Source: a virus. Taken from it: a stretch of 41,043 nucleotides of DNA. Positions 5,519-15,844 of the stretch are shown here, piece by piece. The notes under the pieces were generated by a model that was given only the letters and a program-made list of their open reading frames with translations, ran no database searches and was not told where the DNA came from. Location: the IMG/VR virus record IMGVR_UViG_3300021357_000001, one strand, 5' to 3'. Position 1 is the first letter of the stretch, and each line of letters begins with the position of its first letter. A program made the translations under genes and the position numbers.

Positions 5519-7281
5519 AACCAGATAATCTCACCGACCTCTGGATACAGACAAAGCGGTACTACGAAGGCATGTACGGCGCAATGCACCGAGCCAATCG
5601 TCTCTACAACCGTGAGTTCAGTGGACTCATTGAGGTGCCCGCAGGTGTCACAATCCACGAAAGTAGCACACCTACCCTAATCGTAGACTCACTGCGTGAC
5701 CAGATAAGGGTGGACGAGCCAAAAGTCACATTCGACCCCCGTGGCACCAGCATCAAGGCCAGGAAGCACAAAAACCTCATGGAGCTGTGGGGTCAGCATA
5801 TAATGGAAGGGCTAGCCCTCCACTCCATAGTTGACCCGATTGGACAAGCAGTGTTTGACCTGCTTTTGCGAGGCGCTGCCTGCATTAAGTGTGTGGTGGA
5901 TAATGACCTAGTGCCTGTACCACCTATTTCTGTCGACTACAGCACAAGAGTAAGTTATCTTACCGCCCTAGACGAGTATGAGACTAGACTGGCTAGATAT
6001 TGGCCCTGGGTATGCAAGGCAGTTGACCCACTGAATATCGCACTTGCCCCTGGTAGCCGGAGACCCCCCCAATTCGTCATCGAAAGACAGGTACGGCGGG
6101 CTGGTCAAATTGCCGATGACTATAGCTGGGCTGACCCACGCCGCCGTCACCCCGACTACTCGCCGATGCGGGAAGTGGAGTGGCTAGAATACTGGGACGC
6201 AGATAGTTATGTGGTAGAGGTGGATGGGGTACGCATTATTGACCGGCCCAACCCATACGGCCTCCCATCCTACATCTACAGCTATAGTGGGATGGGCCGT
6301 GCCGATGCGGATGGAGACCCAGTCCATCTCGCCATAAGCATACTGAGTACGGTGGCAGGGGAGCTAGAGGAAGAGGTACGCATTAAGACCGCACAGGCCG
6401 CACAGTGGCTTTATTATGTGTTTCCCATTTTGCTGACCCGTGGACTTCCTGCCACAGTACGCCAGCAAATGATGAGTGGGCCAGGTGCAATAATTCAGGT
6501 ATCGGAAGGGATGGCTGAAAGGCCCCAGTGGTTAGAGGTGCCTCCCCCTACTCCCTCCATGAACGAGTTTCTCCGTGCGATACAGCAGTCCATATTTCGC
6601 AAGGTCAGTCCCGCACTTCTCGAACGGCCTACCGGCGTAGACTATGGAATACACCAGGCACTACTAATCGGACAGGCACTCAAGGTTATCACACCAATAC
6701 GTACCGCACTTGACCGGATGGGCACTGACCTAATCAACCTAATGGCAAAACAAATGTCAACCATGCACATGCGAATGACTGTCATGGGCACAACTGAGAA
6801 GGGTGAACGAGAGTACACGGTTGGCCCAGAAGACTTCACCAACCTTAACTTCCACGTCACCTACGAGGCAACCGACCCAGCAGAGAATGACCGACGCATG
6901 CTCACTGGGCTGAGTGTGCTGAGAGTGCCAGGACTTATGAGTCGTGAAACCTGGCGAGACCGATTCGCCAAGGCAGTCATTCCAGACCCAGAAGCGGAAG
7001 AAGCGAAAATACTAGCCGAGCAAGCCATAGACCAATTTGTCGCCAGCGGCGGCCTTCTCCAACTCATCCAGCAGCAAGTGGGGGAGGAGCAGGTGGCGCA
7101 GGCCCAGGGCCAGGTCGGTGAGAGGCTAAGGGCTGGTGCGGAGCAAGAGTTGAGTCGTGGGCAAGCACTCACCGCAGAGGCAGGCATCCCCGAAGAATTG
7201 ACTGAGGCGGGAGCAGTCACCGCAGAAGGCGCACTTGCCCAGGCAGGCATCGCAGCAGCAGAAGGACAGCGAGGAATCTAA
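5515..7281 (+). CDS. Portal protein
   Basis: 588 aa, directly after terL with an overlapping TTGA. Size and position fit a portal. The C-terminal tail is rich in Ala, Glu and Gln. Confidence 0.7.
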   Translation: MKPDNLTDLWIQTKRYYEGMYGAMHRANRLYNREFSGLIEVPAGVTIHESSTPTLIVDSLRDQIRVDEPKVTFDPRGTSIKARKHKNLMELWGQHIMEGLALHSIVDPIGQAVFDLLLRGAACIKCVVDNDLVPVPPISVDYSTRVSYLTALDEYETRLARYWPWVCKAVDPLNIALAPGSRRPPQFVIERQVRRAGQIADDYSWADPRRRHPDYSPMREVEWLEYWDADSYVVEVDGVRIIDRPNPYGLPSYIYSYSGMGRADADGDPVHLAISILSTVAGELEEEVRIKTAQAAQWLYYVFPILLTRGLPATVRQQMMSGPGAIIQVSEGMAERPQWLEVPPPTPSMNEFLRAIQQSIFRKVSPALLERPTGVDYGIHQALLIGQALKVITPIRTALDRMGTDLINLMAKQMSTMHMRMTVMGTTEKGEREYTVGPEDFTNLNFHVTYEATDPAENDRRMLTGLSVLRVPGLMSRETWRDRFAKAVIPDPEAEEAKILAEQAIDQFVASGGLLQLIQQQVGEEQVAQAQGQVGERLRAGAEQELSRGQALTAEAGIPEELTEAGAVTAEGALAQAGIAAAEGQRGI

Positions 7282-7418
7282 TGCCAGTAAGTTCAAGGAA
7301 AGCGTTCCGACTATTCAAAGGTATTGCAGAAGGGACGATAAAAAAGAAGGGTATCACACCCAGCAAGGCAAAGGAAATGATTACAGGGAAAAAGAAGAGG
7401 AAGCGCACCTACAAATGA
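7281..7418 (+). CDS. Possible 45-aa highly basic protein
   Basis: Not in the ORF track. Its ATG overlaps the portal TAA, and it ends in an ATGA overlap with the next gene. Translation is MPVSSRKAFRLFKGIAEGTIKKKGITPSKAKEMITGKKKRKRTYK. Confidence 0.35.
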   Translation: MPVSSRKAFRLFKGIAEGTIKKKGITPSKAKEMITGKKKRKRTYK

Positions 7419-7654
7419 AAGAAGATATAACTCGCCAGGCTATGAAACAAGCAGCCCACCACATTCTTGCCGCAGCAGCACTCCTACGGGTCAAGATTCC
7501 GTTTGGCCCAACCCACGTACAATTAACACCAGCAGAGCTTCGACATGCGTGGGGACAGGCTGCACCAAATGCCCGTACCCGTCTGCTCGAAGAGCTGGGT
7601 TATGAGAAGCTACTTGAGGTGTTAGGAAGACAAAATGGCCCGCCTACCTACTAA
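7415..7654 (+). CDS. Hypothetical protein
   Basis: The start is internal ATG 7415 of track ORF 7235..7654. This avoids a 47-nt overlap with the portal gene, and the start is coupled to the previous small ORF. Confidence 0.45.
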   Translation: MKEDITRQAMKQAAHHILAAAALLRVKIPFGPTHVQLTPAELRHAWGQAAPNARTRLLEELGYEKLLEVLGRQNGPPTY

Positions 7655-9641
7655 ACCAGTCGCCCGCACGATTACCATACCTGCTGCTGAAATGCTGCGT
7701 GCGATAGACAAACGACTCCAATCGCTAGTCCGCCAGCCAGACGCAACTACGCCAGGTTCCCAGGCCAGCACCGAGATAGCACAGTTGCTAAGGGCGGAAC
7801 TCGCATGGGAAGGCACACTACGGCCAGGCAACCCACGTCCACTTGCCATAGGCGACACGGCCAACTCCACTGTAACGTCCCAGCCATCACTCATTTCTCC
7901 TGCTGCTATAGCTGAGTTTGAGCAACGGGCCGCCGCACTCGATGCGCTACTAGCCGCTTCAAGAGAAGGACAAATTGACCTGAGCAAGTACCAGGGAAAT
8001 ATCCGTCTGTCCGGTGCAACCGACACTCCAGATATAAGTATTGGTGGTAAGAGGACTGGACTTACCCTACGCCGTCAACCTTACGGTGAAGGAGATGCTG
8101 GAAAAGTTAGCCGCAGAGGTTATACCCAGTCAACGGGGCCAATAACTGGTAAGGTAGGGGCGTACCAGGTCAGTGGCACGACTACGCCTGTAGCAACAGG
8201 GCAATTAGTACCACCACCAATTCCAACGCCACCCAAACCTTCCGCAACGCCACCAACGCCCAGGACGCCGCCACCTTCCACAACGCCGCCCTGGACGATG
8301 ACGACGACGGCCATATCTACGTCAGACATTCCAACCTACGATATGTTGAGGAGTTATGGGGTAGACGAGCAAACTGCTAGGCACTTAGCCAAGAATATGA
8401 CACCAGAAAGGGCCGAAGAGTGGGCTATAGAATCAGGTTATTTAGGTTATGCTGGGGAAGGTCAACTTACTTCCAGCTCCTTCAATAAAACACCACCACT
8501 CGCTGAGTTAAAGGCGATATTGGATGCGGCAATGCAATCCATTGAGCGTGGCCTACAGCTCGACGACCCCGAAATGCAACAGCGGCTCCAGCCTCTAGCC
8601 GACAGCCTTGGTATTCATCTCAATCTTATGCTCGCCCTGATTGGAGACCAGCCCGACCTATTTGCTGAGTATATCACCCGTGCAGTCGAGTTTGCAAACA
8701 GGGAAGGACTTCAGCTCGCAGCGGTGTTGGAAGGACAGGCCATCCAGCGAGAAATAAGTGAGGCACGTACTGAGGATGCACGCCTTGACCGAATAGCGAG
8801 ACGTGAGGAGTTTTTAGCAAAGTTTGACCTGGACGAACAGATATTTTCCACCCAAATAGAGCAATTCAACACCTCACTGGCTGAAAATATCAGGCAGTAC
8901 GAAAAAACCTTTACAGAGAATGTGCGCCAATTCGAGGTGTCTGCTGGTTTCGAGGAGCGAAGACTAGACATTAGTGAGGCGGAGGAGGCCCGCAGCCGCT
9001 TCGCCTTCGAGCAGCGTACTCTCCCCATCAACCCCACCACCATCGCTAGTCACAACTCGCTCTTGAGTCGCTATTTCTCCTGGCCTGGCCTGACTAGCGA
9101 CCCTGACCAGCAGGTAGAGTGGGCCTACAACATCCTACGGCTTGCTCCACCTCCCCCTCCCCCTGGTTTCAGTGTAGACCAATTCGGCAATTACACTCAG
9201 GTGCAGGGTGTGCGTGACCCAGCCCTCGAAGACCTAATCCTCCGTCAACAAGTAGCGGTACAGCAATATGCGGTTCATAGGCAGCTCGCCGAGGCAATTG
9301 TAGCAGATGATAGACAATATCGGCTCGGCCAGCGAGAGTTGGAAGCTACACGAACTCAACTTCAGGCCGACCTTGCCACCAACCGTATTGACTCTGCCTT
9401 GGAACTCCAAATACGTGAGCACGAACTGCGCCAGCGTCAAGACGAAATACAAAATAAGCAGTGGTCGTTTAGTGTACTAGCCCTACTCCTGGCCAACCCA
9501 CAAGCCTATAGTGTAGCAACAGAGCAAGGTATGCTTCCCATGATTCAACAGATAACAGGGCTAGACATCCCCCCGTTTGTCGGGTCTGGCATGGCTCCCC
9601 TTGACTTCCGACCCACATTCACCCGCCGAGGTAGAAGATGA
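7635..9641 (+). CDS. Large virion-associated protein (Pro/Thr-rich linker plus coiled-coil C-terminal half)
   Basis: 668 aa with AGGAAG upstream. Contains PPPIPTPPKPSATPPTPRTPPPSTTPP at about 8220-8300. The C-terminal half is rich in Glu, Arg, Gln and Leu. It lies between the portal and scaffold genes. Confidence 0.6.
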   Translation: MARLPTKPVARTITIPAAEMLRAIDKRLQSLVRQPDATTPGSQASTEIAQLLRAELAWEGTLRPGNPRPLAIGDTANSTVTSQPSLISPAAIAEFEQRAAALDALLAASREGQIDLSKYQGNIRLSGATDTPDISIGGKRTGLTLRRQPYGEGDAGKVSRRGYTQSTGPITGKVGAYQVSGTTTPVATGQLVPPPIPTPPKPSATPPTPRTPPPSTTPPWTMTTTAISTSDIPTYDMLRSYGVDEQTARHLAKNMTPERAEEWAIESGYLGYAGEGQLTSSSFNKTPPLAELKAILDAAMQSIERGLQLDDPEMQQRLQPLADSLGIHLNLMLALIGDQPDLFAEYITRAVEFANREGLQLAAVLEGQAIQREISEARTEDARLDRIARREEFLAKFDLDEQIFSTQIEQFNTSLAENIRQYEKTFTENVRQFEVSAGFEERRLDISEAEEARSRFAFEQRTLPINPTTIASHNSLLSRYFSWPGLTSDPDQQVEWAYNILRLAPPPPPPGFSVDQFGNYTQVQGVRDPALEDLILRQQVAVQQYAVHRQLAEAIVADDRQYRLGQRELEATRTQLQADLATNRIDSALELQIREHELRQRQDEIQNKQWSFSVLALLLANPQAYSVATEQGMLPMIQQITGLDIPPFVGSGMAPLDFRPTFTRRGRR

Positions 9642-12600
9642 TGCGCCTCCCCCCACTTCCAGCCGACATACTTCGACCCGACCCACAGCCCAAGCTTGAT
9701 GCGCTAATGGAGCTGGGAGACGACCCTGACCTGTCTCCCAAAGACGCACTCTACCGCTTCATCAAGAAACCGAGCTTCAGGCGTGCCGAGGCATTTGGGA
9801 AGGCCTGGTTAGCCCGCATCACTTCACCCATTGGTCAGCAAGCCCGTGGAAGCTTGGAGGACATAGCTGACCTGGCCCGCCCGCTCAACCTCGTACCTGA
9901 GTTTCTAGCTGGAGTGATGGAGCTGAATAGGCGTGCCCCCTACCCTCAGCTAGTCCAACCCCCTCGCTTCTGGAACGACACTCAAAGCGAGAAGAGTGCT
10001 CAGGTCGTGCGCTCCTTGTTTCGTGGGCAGGTTGGCCCTGCCGAGGCATACCAACTGCTGACTGAGGGGTACGAGAAGCGCCCCATCTACCAGCAACTAG
10101 TTTATGGAGTAATCGACCCAACCAATCTCGTTCCGCTCACCCTGCCAGGCAAGGTTATTGGGAAACTGACCACCACTGCTGGACGGCTCTTCCGTCCACT
10201 CAAGCCTAATACCAGGTATGCCTTTGGCCCCCAGCGCATTGACAGCGACGGCTTGTTTGCCACGCCGAAGGGCTGGGAAAGTGTGGAGGGTAGGCCCAAG
10301 GACGTTGCCCCCCGTCTTGGGCCTATCGGCGCTAGTGGTGGGAAGTCTGGTATCCTACGTGAGCTAGACTATGCGTTAAAGGGGAAGATAATTAACCCAG
10401 ATACCCACTCCCTTACCACTGAGTGGGTCAGGCTTATACCCGACAAGTACCTTGCCCGTTTCAGGGTGGCGTTCCCAGAAACTTTAGACCCAGGAACGTT
10501 TGGTCGCTATTACGCAGATGTCAACCCGCTTGCAGTGGTGTCGGAAGCGGTAGTAAGGGCCAGGCCAGACCTCGCCCCCCGTACAATTATCCATGAAATA
10601 TCCCACCACCTATCTCGCTTCATCCCCGAAGAAGATGTGATTGCGCTAAGAGAACAGTGGGCTAAAGACGTGGCCGACCACGGTATACGCCTGGTCAATG
10701 AAGCGAAAAGTGGTAAGCTGGTTGCTGCCGAGGGTATGGAAAGATTGATGCAGCTTTATCGGTTTACTGAACCATTTAATGAGTGGGTGGCTGAAGTGCT
10801 TACAGACAAAGCACTTGTATCCACTATTGCCCAACTGCCTGAATACAAGCCCTTCTTTCAGCAGATAATAGATATTATACGCCCACTCGCTATGGCAATG
10901 TATAACAGGTTAATGCGTACCGGAGAGGCCGACGCTGCCCAGAACGTATACGATTCCTTGCTGGCTGGGAAGTACCCAGATATACTAAGGCCAACTACAC
11001 CATCAAGTGCGCTTGTCCAGCCCAACAGTGAGTTCCGGTTTGGTGGAGAGGTATTCCGTACTGGTAAAAGGGGTGAGTGGACTGGCCCACAACCTGGCAT
11101 CCCCAATGTACGCCGAATGATACATGGGGAAATTCCTGCCACGGGCAAGCTAGCCTTTATTGAGCGGCTTGCCCTGGAAATGCGTAAGGGCAATATCGAC
11201 CCAGACACCAGAGAGCTTGTAGGTGAATGGGTAAGCCTTGTCCCAGCCAAGTATTTAAGGAACCTAGCCACCTCGTTTCCCCAGGTAATACGACGAAAAG
11301 AACCAACAGCCGGTCTCTATACCACAGATGTAGGTGTATCACCTGCATTAGTCCAGTACGCAGCAAGGTTTTTAGCGGCTAGTCCAGAGTTTGCAAATCG
11401 TACCCTGATTCACGAGGTTATGCACCATCTCAGCCGGTTTGTGCCCAAGAAGCAGGTTGATGCAATGCAGGCCCAGTGGCAAAAAGACCTGGCTGACAAT
11501 GGCAAAAGGGTGATTGATGAGGCAAATAGGCTCAAAGGCCAGGTACGCTTCCTGACAAAAGAGGAAGAAGAGGCTGTAGAGCTTGCTTACCGATATGAGG
11601 GGGGTTTTGTTGAGTGGATAGCCGAGGTGCTGACTGACAATGCTCTCGCTGCAATGATTATTGGGGAGATGCCAGGTTACAAACCCATATTTGCTAGGAT
11701 TATAGATTTGGTGCGTCGCCTCGGCATGGGCATCTATAATTTTCTGTTGCGTCGCAACCCAAATGCTGCTGCCAAAGTCTACCGTGAGCTTATTGCGGGA
11801 GAGTACCCAGCCATAGCAGGCCCGATACCAGGCATCGACCTTGGTGTACCTACCCCATTCGCACCAGGACAGTTGGCCCGCTCCATCCCTGTCGAGCCAG
11901 ACATTCAGGACATCCTTACCAACTCCATCCACTCCGCCCCTACATTCAAGCGCATATTTGACTGGCTAGGTGGCATGGGAGTTGTGAGGATTGGCCCCCG
12001 CACCCCTCTTCACCCCAGGCAACGCAACCTCGCTGGTCTGTTGACTGGGAAGGTCAGTATCGAGCTTGACTCAAGACGCCTATTTGAGCCGCTAGTGGAC
12101 TTTGCGTTTGGGCGGGGTGTACTAGGTAGGCCAATCAAGAGGCTGGCCCAGGCCCTCCATCTCGCCTACAGCATTAGTCATGGACATGCCCGCCTGCTCC
12201 GCCTTAGCCTGGAGAGAGAGGCAGAACCCTTCCTCTCTCTCATCGGCGACGATGGACTAGTTAATGTGCGTGTGCTCTCACCCACCAGCCGAATCACAAG
12301 TAGGTGGCAGGCGGGATGGCAAGGTGTCGTATCTATAGACGACCTGGCCCGCAGCCCTGGCGTCCTCCTCGAACTTAACCGTCAACAGCTAGTCCAGCAT
12401 TATGACTTCGGCCCCAATCAAGGCGCAGTCCTTGACGCAATAGAGCGGCTACAGGATGCAGCAAATCAGATAATTACCCGTGTCGAGACTAGGACTGGCC
12501 AGACCTGGCTGCAACTAACAGGACATCAGAAGCAGCATTACTTTCCTCGCCTGGTTGAGTCGCTTGCCGATACGTTTATACGGGGTAGAGAAGCTAGTCC

Positions 12601-15232
12601 CATCCCCATCCTCGACTATCAAAAACAGTTTGGTGCGGGAACTGGGGCGATGCGTGACCGTGAAATCCACGACTCGATTGAAGCGTGGATATACGATGTG
12701 CGCTACTTCAGCCCTATGGACGCACTCGAAGTATTCATGGCGAGTGCGTATCGGTTTGCCGTGGACAGCCAGGCCGATGCGGTGCTAGCCCCCTTAGCAG
12801 TCAAAAACACTGCCCAGTCTGCATCAAAGCACTTCGACGACATGACGCTCTATAACCAAGCAATCAATCAGCGAATAGCTGGAGCAAACTCGGCTGATAT
12901 ATTTGCCTCCTATCCTCAGTTTGCCAACGACCCATTGTTCCAGCGCATCGCAAACACTCCACCCACTCCCGATTTTTCCGCCCACATAAAGGGCCTGGTC
13001 GAGCTGGCACGTCAGCAAGTGGCCTACCTCAGTTCAATACGTCATAACACATTCGGCATGTCCAAACTCATCTTCGACGATGAGACGTATAAGGCTATTC
13101 GTACCACGCTAGAGGAGGAGAAACTACCATTCTACAACGCCCTGCACGGCGTAAGCAGTACCTCCAACCTAGCTAAGTTTGCAATGACCGGACTCGACCC
13201 CAGTATCCTTCTCATCCAGGCAGTCCCGCTCATGGTTACCAAGCCTGCCATATTTGCAAACGGTGCGCTAACCTGGTTTCGTAGCCTATTTGACTCACGC
13301 CTGGTTGACCAATTCCTCATCAATAATGCAGGGGAGGTGGAGGAGCTGTGGCGCTATGGTGGCGTACAACCTGGTGCGGACTGGAATGACTATCTTATCC
13401 GGCCTGGTCTAGTACAGAAAGTGGTGTCATGGCTTCCAGGTGCTCGTAATTTTGAGCGAGCCTACGCAGGCATGATGTTACAGGCACGAGTCCATCTCTG
13501 GGCATCCCTCAAACACCTCGCCAAGAACGAGTCCGACAAGTACGACATCGCCCAGTACATCAACAAAATTACTGGCTCCATTAACCCAGATGTGGCGGGA
13601 ATGTCTCGCACCAACCGTATGATTGAAAATACGCTTGTGTCATTTGCGTATGGGTATAGGCGTGCTGTTGCGGCGCTCATACTCGACACGATGCAAGGTG
13701 GAATAAGGGGTAGTCTGGCCCGCACTACTATGATGCGACTCATGGCAGCAGGCTTACTTACTGCGGCGGCCTCCTGGATGTGGTTGAAGGAGAAGGATAC
13801 ACCCGAAGATATGCAGGAAGTGCTAGCCTATCTCAGTAGCCCAAAACTCATGTCATTCCGAGTGGGCGACCAGCACATTGGCTGGGGTACTGCCTTCACC
13901 TCCCTCTTCCGTGCCTCCATCAACATTACCCGCCAATCCATCGAGCACCCCGACAAACTCCTGACACTTGACCCACGAGATAACCAGTTTGTTCGGTTCT
14001 GGAGGAGTCAGGCCCCCCCTATTCCATCCTACATCATGGACGTGATAAGGGGGCGCAACTATATTGGTGAACGTCTCGCTGACGAGGACAACAACCTATG
14101 GACAAAAGAATTTGCGCTCCATACACTCAAGCGCCTCACCCCTATGGCAACCGAGTCGCTGTGGGAAGAAGGTTTCAGCCGTGGGTCATGGGTAACTTTT
14201 GTGGACTGGTTTGGACTTCGCAGCTTCCCAGTCAGCGAGTATGAGAGGCTGGCTGAGCTAAGGGCGGATGTACTGGCCCTGGACAATGCGCCACAGGTAG
14301 TTGCTTGGCGCAAGGCTAACCCAGAGGGGAAGTGGGCCGAGCTTCCCAAGCTCCTGCAAATCGACCTCACCAATCGCTATGCCACCCTTGACCAGCTAGA
14401 CAGGAAGGTGGTTGCGGGTCGTGTCGAGACCGGCGACCAGGAACAACGGCTTCTAGGTGAGTTCCAGCAGGCTTTGCGTGCTCGTGACGACCAGATGCAG
14501 CCTTTTTATACTGGACTTGCCCAGGAGTGGACTAGTGGCACCATCGACTCCACCACCTTCCGTCAGCAGAAAAGCACACTAGACTCACAGCGTGCGGCGT
14601 TGACCGCCTCAATCTATCGTGACCCCAAGTTTACATCCACACGACTCTTTCTGGACGAGGCGGCAGAGAAACGGGCTGCTGAAGGAGACACCTTTATCCT
14701 CGACCTGGCCTATGACCGCTACCAGCGTGACGTGGCAAACAACCCAGTCATCCGACGGCCCAGTGGTATCCTCAACTCCTCTGTCTACAAGCGGCTGCTT
14801 AGTGATTTTCGTACCTTCTTTGGGGAAGAAACGTACAAGTATGTACGCTCCCGTCAGGCAGCTCAGCGCAACTTCCCTCCGCCCATCGCCTCGTTTGAGC
14901 TAGCACAGCAGGAATTGGAGCCGTACTGGGACTTGCATAACAAGGTACTCTCTCCAGGCGACGCCTTGACCTTCGAGGAGTACCAAAGCTCCCCCGACTA
15001 CATGCAAGACTGGCTGCTGAAAGCAAAGCCACGCCTGCGCTATCTTATCCGCCGTATGTCCAGAGAACGGGACAAGTACAAGCGTGCCCATTCTGCCCAT
15101 GACTGGCTGCTAGTCAAGTGGTATGGGCACTCCCCACGTTCCCCTGCCAACCGTCGTAGACTATTGCAACTCACCCCTAATCAAGCTATAATAAATATAA
15201 GCGGAACCACCGATAGGGAGCTAACGCAGTGA
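9638..15232 (+). CDS. Giant (1864 aa) virion-associated multidomain protein with two tandem HExxH zincin-like modules
   Basis: ATGA overlap with the previous gene. HEISH lies at 10592-10606 and HEVMH at 11411-11425, inside duplicated modules of about 220 aa (10364-10992 and 11168-11823). Hydrophobic segments occur in the C-terminal third. The gene sits in the slot between portal and scaffold. Confidence 0.75.
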   Translation: MMRLPPLPADILRPDPQPKLDALMELGDDPDLSPKDALYRFIKKPSFRRAEAFGKAWLARITSPIGQQARGSLEDIADLARPLNLVPEFLAGVMELNRRAPYPQLVQPPRFWNDTQSEKSAQVVRSLFRGQVGPAEAYQLLTEGYEKRPIYQQLVYGVIDPTNLVPLTLPGKVIGKLTTTAGRLFRPLKPNTRYAFGPQRIDSDGLFATPKGWESVEGRPKDVAPRLGPIGASGGKSGILRELDYALKGKIINPDTHSLTTEWVRLIPDKYLARFRVAFPETLDPGTFGRYYADVNPLAVVSEAVVRARPDLAPRTIIHEISHHLSRFIPEEDVIALREQWAKDVADHGIRLVNEAKSGKLVAAEGMERLMQLYRFTEPFNEWVAEVLTDKALVSTIAQLPEYKPFFQQIIDIIRPLAMAMYNRLMRTGEADAAQNVYDSLLAGKYPDILRPTTPSSALVQPNSEFRFGGEVFRTGKRGEWTGPQPGIPNVRRMIHGEIPATGKLAFIERLALEMRKGNIDPDTRELVGEWVSLVPAKYLRNLATSFPQVIRRKEPTAGLYTTDVGVSPALVQYAARFLAASPEFANRTLIHEVMHHLSRFVPKKQVDAMQAQWQKDLADNGKRVIDEANRLKGQVRFLTKEEEEAVELAYRYEGGFVEWIAEVLTDNALAAMIIGEMPGYKPIFARIIDLVRRLGMGIYNFLLRRNPNAAAKVYRELIAGEYPAIAGPIPGIDLGVPTPFAPGQLARSIPVEPDIQDILTNSIHSAPTFKRIFDWLGGMGVVRIGPRTPLHPRQRNLAGLLTGKVSIELDSRRLFEPLVDFAFGRGVLGRPIKRLAQALHLAYSISHGHARLLRLSLEREAEPFLSLIGDDGLVNVRVLSPTSRITSRWQAGWQGVVSIDDLARSPGVLLELNRQQLVQHYDFGPNQGAVLDAIERLQDAANQIITRVETRTGQTWLQLTGHQKQHYFPRLVESLADTFIRGREASPIPILDYQKQFGAGTGAMRDREIHDSIEAWIYDVRYFSPMDALEVFMASAYRFAVDSQADAVLAPLAVKNTAQSASKHFDDMTLYNQAINQRIAGANSADIFASYPQFANDPLFQRIANTPPTPDFSAHIKGLVELARQQVAYLSSIRHNTFGMSKLIFDDETYKAIRTTLEEEKLPFYNALHGVSSTSNLAKFAMTGLDPSILLIQAVPLMVTKPAIFANGALTWFRSLFDSRLVDQFLINNAGEVEELWRYGGVQPGADWNDYLIRPGLVQKVVSWLPGARNFERAYAGMMLQARVHLWASLKHLAKNESDKYDIAQYINKITGSINPDVAGMSRTNRMIENTLVSFAYGYRRAVAALILDTMQGGIRGSLARTTMMRLMAAGLLTAAASWMWLKEKDTPEDMQEVLAYLSSPKLMSFRVGDQHIGWGTAFTSLFRASINITRQSIEHPDKLLTLDPRDNQFVRFWRSQAPPIPSYIMDVIRGRNYIGERLADEDNNLWTKEFALHTLKRLTPMATESLWEEGFSRGSWVTFVDWFGLRSFPVSEYERLAELRADVLALDNAPQVVAWRKANPEGKWAELPKLLQIDLTNRYATLDQLDRKVVAGRVETGDQEQRLLGEFQQALRARDDQMQPFYTGLAQEWTSGTIDSTTFRQQKSTLDSQRAALTASIYRDPKFTSTRLFLDEAAEKRAAEGDTFILDLAYDRYQRDVANNPVIRRPSGILNSSVYKRLLSDFRTFFGEETYKYVRSRQAAQRNFPPPIASFELAQQELEPYWDLHNKVLSPGDALTFEEYQSSPDYMQDWLLKAKPRLRYLIRRMSRERDKYKRAHSAHDWLLVKWYGHSPRSPANRRRLLQLTPNQAIINISGTTDRELTQ

Positions 15233-15843
15233 GCACCGAAACCATTCCCCTTGACGAGTACAAAAACTTACAACGCCAGAACGAAAAACTCCGCAAGGAC
15301 TACGCACAGCTCCTCCAGGCCCATCTCGCCAATGAGGAGGTAAAGTCTGGCATGGAGAGAATAGAGAGGGGACTGGACGCATTTTTCGGTGCAGAAGTAG
15401 AGCACGGGTCACTAGACGACGCTAATGAGTTTAAGACCACAGTTGCCGAGCTACGGACTCGCCGAGTTACAGACAAGCAGGCCGCAGCAGCCCAGAAACA
15501 AATAGCCGAGGTGTTGGCCCAGGCTGACGTGGACTGGTCAGATAACCGTCTTGAAACGACCCGAACTCTCTGGGACTCAGGTTCCTATGACCAAGCCGTG
15601 GCAAGCGCACGAGCCGCCCTGACCAGCCCATCTTCTGAGGAGATGAACGCTAGGGTCGAGGCAGAAATACGGCGCAGGATGGGTGAGGTGGGAAAGGTGG
15701 ATACTGGGGATGGTGGGGGAAGTGATTACACCCCTACCATTCCCGCAGACGTACTGAAGAAAAAGTTACAAGACCGCAACTTTGTCCGCCAGCATGGTAA
15801 GCAGGTCTGGGAAGATATAAAATCTGGCAAACTAAAGGTGTGA
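15229..15843 (+). CDS. Scaffolding protein
   Basis: 204 aa, charged and helical, for example EYKNLQRQNEKLRKDYAQLLQAHL. It lies immediately upstream of the capsid gene. Confidence 0.6.
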   Translation: MSTETIPLDEYKNLQRQNEKLRKDYAQLLQAHLANEEVKSGMERIERGLDAFFGAEVEHGSLDDANEFKTTVAELRTRRVTDKQAAAAQKQIAEVLAQADVDWSDNRLETTRTLWDSGSYDQAVASARAALTSPSSEEMNARVEAEIRRRMGEVGKVDTGDGGGSDYTPTIPADVLKKKLQDRNFVRQHGKQVWEDIKSGKLKV

Positions 15844-15844
15844 A

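Noticed and set aside
11372-11932. 186-aa minus-strand ORF (and other antisense ORFs such as 1301..1711, 6861..7250, 7622..8026 and 17830..18237)
   Set aside because: They lie entirely inside longer, motif- or context-supported genes on the opposite strand. They have no SD, and their composition is typical of antisense frames.
9638-15232. The giant protein as a tape measure protein
   Set aside because: It lies between portal and scaffold rather than downstream of tail tube or chaperone genes. I could not recognise tube, sheath or chaperone-frameshift genes, and the protein carries HExxH modules instead of a continuous helical ruler.
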